From contig NZ_JASAOI010000058.1 in NCBI RefSeq assembly GCF_029953285.1, positions 31,547 through 63,546 on the forward strand: DNA of 32,000 bases, given 5' to 3'. The notes beneath the pieces are model-generated. The model was not told where the DNA came from, did not search any database, and saw only the letters and a list, made by a program, of their open reading frames with translations. How positions within the stretch are numbered: the stretch's first letter is position 1; each line of letters opens with the position of its first letter. The translations under genes were made by a program, and so were the position numbers. This document shows, piece by piece, positions 7,260 through 12,780 of the stretch. The DNA is from Yinghuangia seranimata (lineage in GTDB: Bacteria > Actinomycetota > Actinomycetes > Streptomycetales > Streptomycetaceae).

Positions 7260-7843
7260 ACGGGTGCCTCCTCGGGCGTGTGCTCGACCGCCCACGCGTC
7301 GACCAGCGGTAGGGCGGCGGCGTGTCCGGCGCGCAGCGCGGCGCGGTTCACGGCGAGGTGCCGGTGGCGGTACGGCGGCAGCACGTCCGGCAGAACCGCG
7401 TCGAGCGTGTCGAGCCGGACGACCGCGGTCGCGGCGGCGTAGGCGCCGAGCGCGACCATCGTGACCGCGTTGGTGCTCCCCGCGGCGGCGGCGATTTCGG
7501 TGGCGGGGATCCGGACGACGGGCCCGGGGTGGTCCGAAGCGGCGACGCACAGCGTCGTGTTGAGGACGAGGACGCCGTCCGGCCGCAGCCGCGCGAGGGG
7601 GCCCGCCGCGTGCGCCGGGTGCAGGACGAGTGCCGACCAGGCGGACCCGACGGTCGGCGGGGACTCCACGGGGGCGTCGCCGAGCACCAGGGTGGTCTCG
7701 GAGTTGCCGCCGCGCATCATGCCGCCGTACGAGCCGAAGAACATCGCGTGGCGGCCTTCGGCGAGCGCCGCGTGGGCGAGCAGTTCGGTGCCGAGCTGGA
7801 CGCCCTGGCCGCCGATGCCGGTCCAGAGGATCTCGCGTTGCAC
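7256..7843 (-). CDS. 2-oxoacid:ferredoxin oxidoreductase, gamma subunit (195 aa from the GTG at 7843; the ORF extends to the ATG at 7876)
   Basis: Gamma-subunit signature ILWTGIGGQGVQLGTELLAHAA...SYGGMMRGG. The GTG at 7843 follows GGGAGG at 5-nt spacing. The alternative ATG is at 7876. Confidence 0.85.
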   Translation of the reverse strand: MQREILWTGIGGQGVQLGTELLAHAALAEGRHAMFFGSYGGMMRGGNSETTLVLGDAPVESPPTVGSAWSALVLHPAHAAGPLARLRPDGVLVLNTTLCVAASDHPGPVVRIPATEIAAAAGSTNAVTMVALGAYAAATAVVRLDTLDAVLPDVLPPYRHRHLAVNRAALRAGHAAALPLVDAWAVEHTPEEAPV

Positions 7844-7861
7844 GCGCGCCTCCCGGGCTGG

Positions 7862-7920
7862 GAACAACTGCAACAACTATGAGAACGTTGTTCTGAACAG
7901 TAGCGTGGCGTGTTCTGAAC
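7862..7920. promoter_or_regulatory. Candidate TetR operator array in the divergent promoter region
   Basis: This is the lowest-GC stretch of the 94-bp intergenic region. The near-palindrome GTTCTGAAC occurs twice (7890-7898, 7912-7920), 22 bp centre to centre. It overlaps AGAAC-gtt-GTTCT (7882-7894). A further GAAC lies at 7862-7865. Confidence 0.55.
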
Positions 7921-7937
7921 GGGAAGGGGCGTGACCG

Positions 7938-8717
7938 GTGACGGGCGAGGACGGGACGGCAGGCGGCCGCGGAGCCGACGCGCGTGAGGCCGCTCCGGCG
8001 CCCGTCGGGCTGGTCCGCGAGGCCGTGCGCCGCCCGCTCGCCGCGCGCTGGGCGGTCTACACCGAAGAGGTGCAGCGCCTGGTCGACGCGACGTACCGGG
8101 TCGTCGAGCGCACCGGCAGCCTCGACCCGACGGTGCGCGAGATCCTGCGCGAGGCCGGCCTGTCCAACCAGGCCTTCTACCGGCACTTCCGGTCCAAGGA
8201 CGAGCTGCTGGTCGCGCTGCTGGACGACGGGCGCCGCAGGATGGCCGAGTACCTGCGGCGGCGGATCGCCGGAGCCGCTCACCCGGCCGGGCAGGTGCGG
8301 GCCTGGATCGAGGGCGTGCTGGCCCAGGCGGGCGACCCCGTCGCGGCCGCCCGCACGCGGCCCTTCCTGGCCCACCAGGACCGGCTCGCGGAGCTGTTCC
8401 CGGACGAGCAGCGGCAGTCCGCGGAGGCCATGCTGGAGCCGCTGCGCGAGGTCCTGCGGCAGGCGTACGCCGAGCGGGCCGCGCGGCCGGCCGTCGGCGA
8501 CCCGGCCGCCGCGCCCGACGCCGACCCGGCCGCCGACACCGCGACCGACCCCGCCACCGCCCCCGGGCTCGATCCCGACGCCGACGCGACCGCCGTCTAC
8601 CGCCTCACGCTGGCCTGCCTCCACGACCACCTGCGCGCGCGTACCGCGCCCACCCCGGCGGAGACCGCCCACCTCGTCCGCTTCGCGTGCAACGGCCTGG
8701 GCGTTCCAGTTTCCTGA
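7938..8717 (+). CDS. TetR/AcrR-family transcriptional regulator (259 aa)
   Basis: HTH signature TVREILREAGLSNQAFYRHFRSKDELLVALLD. GTG start 8 nt after GGGAAGGGG. Divergent from the oxidoreductase operon. Confidence 0.9.
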   Translation: MTGEDGTAGGRGADAREAAPAPVGLVREAVRRPLAARWAVYTEEVQRLVDATYRVVERTGSLDPTVREILREAGLSNQAFYRHFRSKDELLVALLDDGRRRMAEYLRRRIAGAAHPAGQVRAWIEGVLAQAGDPVAAARTRPFLAHQDRLAELFPDEQRQSAEAMLEPLREVLRQAYAERAARPAVGDPAAAPDADPAADTATDPATAPGLDPDADATAVYRLTLACLHDHLRARTAPTPAETAHLVRFACNGLGVPVS

Positions 8718-8808
8718 CGCTCAGTCAGTCGATGTGACGGGTCCGCCCCCGACGGCGCCACCGAAACGGTTTGCGTGGCCCGATACAGTGTGCGCGTGAG
8801 GTAGCTCA

Positions 8809-8886
8809 CAGAATCGGCTCTATCGATGACAGTACGTCGCCGATTCTGAGCCCACTGTGATTCAGTTTCCCTGGAATCGGCCGATA
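8809..8886. promoter_or_regulatory. Repeat-bearing leader/operator region upstream of the diguanylate cyclase
   Basis: Perfect 10-bp inverted repeat CAGAATCGGC (8809-8818) / GCCGATTCTG (8839-8848) with a 20-nt spacer containing ATCGAT. A third GAATCGGC (8873-8880) is fused to the palindrome ATCGGCCGAT (8876-8885). The region is clearly less G+C-rich than its flanks. Confidence 0.4.
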
Positions 8887-8972
8887 CCTGTTCAGAAGAT
8901 GCTCACGGCCAAGAGCACCGACGAACGAGAGAACCACCCCAGAAGCACTGTCGCCGACGCTCGGGGAGACCG

Positions 8973-10529
8973 ATGACCGCCGAGACGGAAACACACGTCC
9001 GGTTGGCGACCCTGCGCCTCCTCTACCGGGTCGTCGCGGACCTGAACGCCACCCGCGACCTGCGCGACACGCTGCAGGCGGTCGCCGACGGGGTCGTCTC
9101 CGGGCTGGGCTTCGGCGCCGCCGCGGTCAACCTGGTCCGTGCCGACGGCGACCTCGAGGTCGCCGCGGTCGCCGGGTCCGAGGACCTCGCCGCCGCCATG
9201 GCCGGCCAGATCGGCCCCCGCACCGACTGGGAACGCCTCCTCGACAGCGCCGAACGCTGGGGTCCGCTGCGCTTCCTGAACCACCGTCAGGGTCCCGCCG
9301 ACCCGGGCCGGGTGCCCAGCTGGGTGCCGGACATCCCGATCAGCGACCACCCGGACGCCTGGCACCCGTACGACGCGCTCCTCGCCCCGCTCACCACCCC
9401 CGAGGGCGACCTGGTCGGCGTGCTGTCCGTCGACCTGCCCGTCGACGGCCGCCGCCCCGGCCCGTGGCGCTGCGAAGTGCTCGGCATGTTCGCCGCACAG
9501 GCCGCCATCGCCGTCGACAACGCCCGCCTGCGCAGCGAGATGGTCCGCGCCCTCGCCCGCCTGGAGGACGAGCAGCACGCCTTGCGGGCCAGCGAGGAGA
9601 GCTTCCGCCACGCCTTCGAGTACGCCCCCAGCGGCATGGTCATGACGGGGGTCCGCGGCCACGACCGCGGCAGGCTCCTGCGCGCCAACGACGCGCTGTG
9701 CCGCATGCTCGGCTACCCCGCCCCCGTGCTGCGCCGCCTCGGCCTGGCCGCCGTCGTCCACCAGGACGACCGCGACCTGCTCGCCGGGCACCTGGGCGGC
9801 TCGGCGCCCGTCGAGGGCTGCACGGAACTGCGGTTGGCGCGCAGCGACGGCACGTACCGCTGGGTGTCGCTGCGCACGTCCCACGTCGGGGACGGCGACG
9901 GCAATCCGCGCTTCCTGCTCACCCACGTGGAGGACGTCGAGGACCGCAGGCTGCGCGAGCAGGCCCTCGTGCACCAGGCCAGCCACGACCCGCTGACCGG
10001 GCTGCCCAACGGCCGCGAGCTGCGCGCCCGCCTCGACGCCACCTTCACGCGCGCGCCGCAGCTCGCCGACCTGCCCGCCCATCTGGCCACCGTCGAGGTC
10101 GGCACGGCGGCCGCGGTGGCGGGCGACGGAAAGGGCCTCGCCCTGCTGTTCTGCGACCTGGACGGCTTCAAGCGCATCAACGACGAGTACGGCCACCACA
10201 TCGGCGACGTCGTGCTGGTCGAGGTCGCCCGCCGGCTGACTGCGGCCGTCCGCGAAGGCGACACCGTCGCCCGGCTCGGCGGCGACGAGTTCGTCGTCCT
10301 CGCCGACGGGATAGGGCGGGACGAGGCGCACGACCTGGCTGTGCGGCTGCGCCGCGCGCTGTCCGTGCCGATCCGTGCGGAGGGCGAGACGGTGCCGCTC
10401 GACGGTGCGAGCTTCGGTATCGCGTGGGCGGATTCCACGATGACGCCGGACGATCTGCTGCGGGTCGCCGACGAGCGGATGTACCGGCAGAAACGCGGCC
10501 GCGAGCGGGCCCAGCGGCGGGCCGGTTGA
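8973..10529 (+). CDS. Sensor diguanylate cyclase, GAF-PAS-GGDEF (518 aa)
   Basis: The N-terminus is GAF-like (LNATRDLRDTLQAVADGV...AAIAVDNARL). A PAS region follows (EESFRHAFEYAPSGMVMTG...RWVSLRTS). The GGDEF domain reads LTGLPNGREL...FCDLDGFKRINDEYGHHIGD...RLGGDEF, with an RxxD I-site (REGD) five residues upstream of GGDEF. The ATG follows GGGGAG. Confidence 0.9.
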   Translation: MTAETETHVRLATLRLLYRVVADLNATRDLRDTLQAVADGVVSGLGFGAAAVNLVRADGDLEVAAVAGSEDLAAAMAGQIGPRTDWERLLDSAERWGPLRFLNHRQGPADPGRVPSWVPDIPISDHPDAWHPYDALLAPLTTPEGDLVGVLSVDLPVDGRRPGPWRCEVLGMFAAQAAIAVDNARLRSEMVRALARLEDEQHALRASEESFRHAFEYAPSGMVMTGVRGHDRGRLLRANDALCRMLGYPAPVLRRLGLAAVVHQDDRDLLAGHLGGSAPVEGCTELRLARSDGTYRWVSLRTSHVGDGDGNPRFLLTHVEDVEDRRLREQALVHQASHDPLTGLPNGRELRARLDATFTRAPQLADLPAHLATVEVGTAAAVAGDGKGLALLFCDLDGFKRINDEYGHHIGDVVLVEVARRLTAAVREGDTVARLGGDEFVVLADGIGRDEAHDLAVRLRRALSVPIRAEGETVPLDGASFGIAWADSTMTPDDLLRVADERMYRQKRGRERAQRRAG

Positions 10530-10811
10530 GCGGGCCGGGCGGCCGACGTGACCAGGCGGTATCGGCGTCGCGGCGGGGGGTGGCGACGCGGGGGTGGCGG
10601 GGTCGTCGGGCCGTGCGGTTGGGGCCGTCCGGTGGAATCGTCAGGCGGACGTTTGTCGTCCAGGCGATGGACTGTGGCCATCCTCGGGCCCGTCGCCCGT
10701 TAGTGTGATGCGTCAGCCTGTCGTCGGAGCCCGGCCCGGCTCGAGTGGGATCGGGCCTCGCGCGGCAGGCGGTGCAGCCGCACACAGTCTCACAGGAAGG
10801 GCGAGAACCCG

Positions 10812-11765
10812 ATGACGGTGGGTAACGAGGGAGAGCCGGACGACCCGTACGGCTACCTCTACCGCCCCGGCCCGGGTGACGCGCCAGCCGGGAGCCAGAG
10901 CGCACCTGCGGGGTTCGGAACGTCGCCGTACGTGCAGGTCGGCCAGACCAGGTACGGGCAGCCGCCGCCGCCATACGTCCCGTCGCCCGACGCCCAGGCG
11001 ACCCAGGCCGTCCCGGGCGTCCACCCGGACCAGCAGCAGACGGTCTACCAGCCCGCGCAGCCGGGCGGACCGGGGCAGCCGCCCGCGGTCCCGGGGCAGC
11101 GCCGCGAAGGCGGCGGGCACGGCAGCGGCGGTTCGCGCGGCGGCCGCGGCCCGGTGATCGGCGCCGTCGTCGCGATCGTGGTGGTGATCGCGGTGATCGC
11201 GGCCGTGATGGCGCTGAACGGGGGCGGCGACGACAAGAAGAAGGCCGCTCCGCCGCCGTCCACGCCTCCGGGCAGCAGCGCCGCGTCGAGCGCGCCGCCG
11301 AGCAGCGCCCCGCCGTCCTCCGCGGCGCCGACCAAGTTCGGTGAGACGGAGGCCGAGACCGCCCAGCTCGCGGGCGGCGCGGTCGTGGCCAACAACGCGC
11401 AGAAGTTCAGCGGGTCCGGCTTCGTCGCCGGCCTGACGCAGCCCGGCGCGTCGATCACGGTGTCGTTCGACGCGCCCTCCAAGGGCAGCTACTCGCTGTA
11501 CGTGCTCTACGCGAACCCGGACCCGACGAGCACCTCCGGGCAGCCGAACCGGCCCAAGAAGACGATGACCGTCGTCGCCAACGGGTCGAACAAGTACGGG
11601 CAGATCAACCTGTACGGCACCGGCAGCCCGGACAGCTGGTACACCACCTACCGGACGATCGACCTCAACGAGGGCCCGAACACGGTCACCCTGGCCTGCC
11701 AGCCGGGTGACTCCTGCAACGTGACCGTCGACAAGATGTGGGTCGGCGCCAACAAGTCCTCGTAG
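10812..11765 (+). CDS. Single-pass membrane protein with a Pro/Gln/Tyr-rich N-terminal region and a C-terminal CBM6/CBM35-like carbohydrate-binding module (317 aa)
   Basis: Disordered N-terminus (PYGYLYRPGPG...QPPPPYVPSP). One TM helix (VIGAVVAIVVVIAVIAAVMAL). An S/P/A linker. The C-terminal roughly 140 aa have the pattern AE.AQLAGGA.V......FSGSGFV.GL...GASITV.F.A...G.Y.L.VLYAN...T.TVVANG......NLYGTGS.DSW......I.L.EG.NTVTL, typical of CBM6/35-type lectin modules. Confidence 0.7.
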   Translation: MTVGNEGEPDDPYGYLYRPGPGDAPAGSQSAPAGFGTSPYVQVGQTRYGQPPPPYVPSPDAQATQAVPGVHPDQQQTVYQPAQPGGPGQPPAVPGQRREGGGHGSGGSRGGRGPVIGAVVAIVVVIAVIAAVMALNGGGDDKKKAAPPPSTPPGSSAASSAPPSSAPPSSAAPTKFGETEAETAQLAGGAVVANNAQKFSGSGFVAGLTQPGASITVSFDAPSKGSYSLYVLYANPDPTSTSGQPNRPKKTMTVVANGSNKYGQINLYGTGSPDSWYTTYRTIDLNEGPNTVTLACQPGDSCNVTVDKMWVGANKSS

Positions 11766-11779
11766 GCGCACGGACACGG

Positions 11780-11811
11780 GAGCCGGAGGGCGTGGTTCAG
11801 CCCTCCGGCTC
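11780..11811. terminator. Bidirectional hairpin between convergent genes
   Basis: Perfect 12-bp stem GAGCCGGAGGGC / GCCCTCCGGCTC with an 8-nt loop. The loop contains the stop codon (tca, 11797-11799) of the minus-strand SAM hydrolase gene. Confidence 0.65.
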
Positions 11812-12657
11812 CGTCGTGTCCGGGGTCTCGGCGTCCGCCTCGACCCGCTCGTCGTCGGCGGCGACCCCGATCACCAGCAGGTCGCCCGGCACCAGGTCGA
11901 AGTGGGCCGCGGCATCGGCCCCGTTGCACACCAGCGCGACGCGGTCGGACGAGTCGACCAGCACCGCGGGGGTGCCGCGCGGCACGTGCCCGAAGGTACC
12001 TACGTAGTCGACGCGCCGGTCCTCGTGCGGTGTGCGCACGGCCAGTTCGGTGCCGGGCGCCGCGCCGATCTCGTCGAGCCGTGCGGCGTCGAGCGACGTC
12101 TGCACGTTGCCGAACCGGTCGACCGCCAGCACCTCGCCGTGCGCGCGCCGGTCGGCGACATAGGCGACCGGCTCGGGCAGCCGCACCAGTTCGTCGACCG
12201 GGACGGGGGGCCCGACGCTGTGCGGCGGCGTGCCCAGCGCGAGGTGCGCGGCGACCGGCGCGAAGACGTCGCGGCCGTGGAACGTCGCGGAGACGCGCGG
12301 CAGCATCAGCGCACGCTCGGTCAGCTCGTACGCCGCCACCGCGCCGCCCAGCGCGTCCGCCGCCCACATCAGCAGCCCGTTGTCCGGCCCGACCATTAGG
12401 TGTTCGGCGGTCCGCACGAGCACGCCGCGCCGCAGGGTGCCGACGCCGGGGTCGACGACGGCGACGTGCACGCCGGGCGGCAGGTACGGCAGCGTCTGCG
12501 CGAGCACGACCGCGCCGCGCCGGATGTCGCCCGGCGGCACGGCGTGCGTGATGTCCAGCACCGGAACGGCGGGCGCGATGCGGGCGATGACGCCGTGGCA
12601 CGCCGCGACGAAGCCGTCGGTGAGGCCGTAGTCGGTCAGGAACGAGATGCGCGGCAT
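11797..12657 (-). CDS. SAM hydroxide adenosyltransferase (DUF62 / SAM hydrolase, fluorinase-chlorinase superfamily) (286 aa)
   Basis: Family-typical N-terminus ISFLTDYGLTDGFVAACHGVI, then DITHAVPPGDI, VAVVDPGVGTLRRGV, GPDNGLL and SATFHGRDVFAPVAAHL. Confidence 0.82.
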   Translation of the reverse strand: MPRISFLTDYGLTDGFVAACHGVIARIAPAVPVLDITHAVPPGDIRRGAVVLAQTLPYLPPGVHVAVVDPGVGTLRRGVLVRTAEHLMVGPDNGLLMWAADALGGAVAAYELTERALMLPRVSATFHGRDVFAPVAAHLALGTPPHSVGPPVPVDELVRLPEPVAYVADRRAHGEVLAVDRFGNVQTSLDAARLDEIGAAPGTELAVRTPHEDRRVDYVGTFGHVPRGTPAVLVDSSDRVALVCNGADAAAHFDLVPGDLLVIGVAADDERVEADAETPDTTEPEG

Positions 12658-12780
12658 GCGCTCACGCTACGTGTGCGGGCGCGGCGGTCGGGCGCGACGC
12701 ACCGGAACGGCGGCCCCGACCGGGCACCTTGCCGGATCAGGCACGCAGCCCGGACACGCGCACGCCGCCGGACGCGGGCG

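Noticed and set aside
8718-8972. Possible c-di-GMP or other known riboswitch upstream of the GGDEF gene
   Set aside because: I could not recognise the conserved cores of the c-di-GMP-I/II or any other riboswitch class by eye. I report it only as an unexplained repeat-bearing leader.
10575-10610. G-quadruplex-type motif GGGGGG-N9-GGGGG-N4-GGGG-N5-GGG downstream of the diguanylate cyclase
   Set aside because: G-runs of this kind are expected frequently by chance at this base composition. I see no positional argument for function.
11797-12657. Halogenase (fluorinase/chlorinase) assignment for the DUF62 protein
   Set aside because: The Asp/Arg/His contexts typical of the hydroxide-transferring branch appear intact. 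There is no adjacent natural-product biosynthetic context. I call it a SAM hydrolase.
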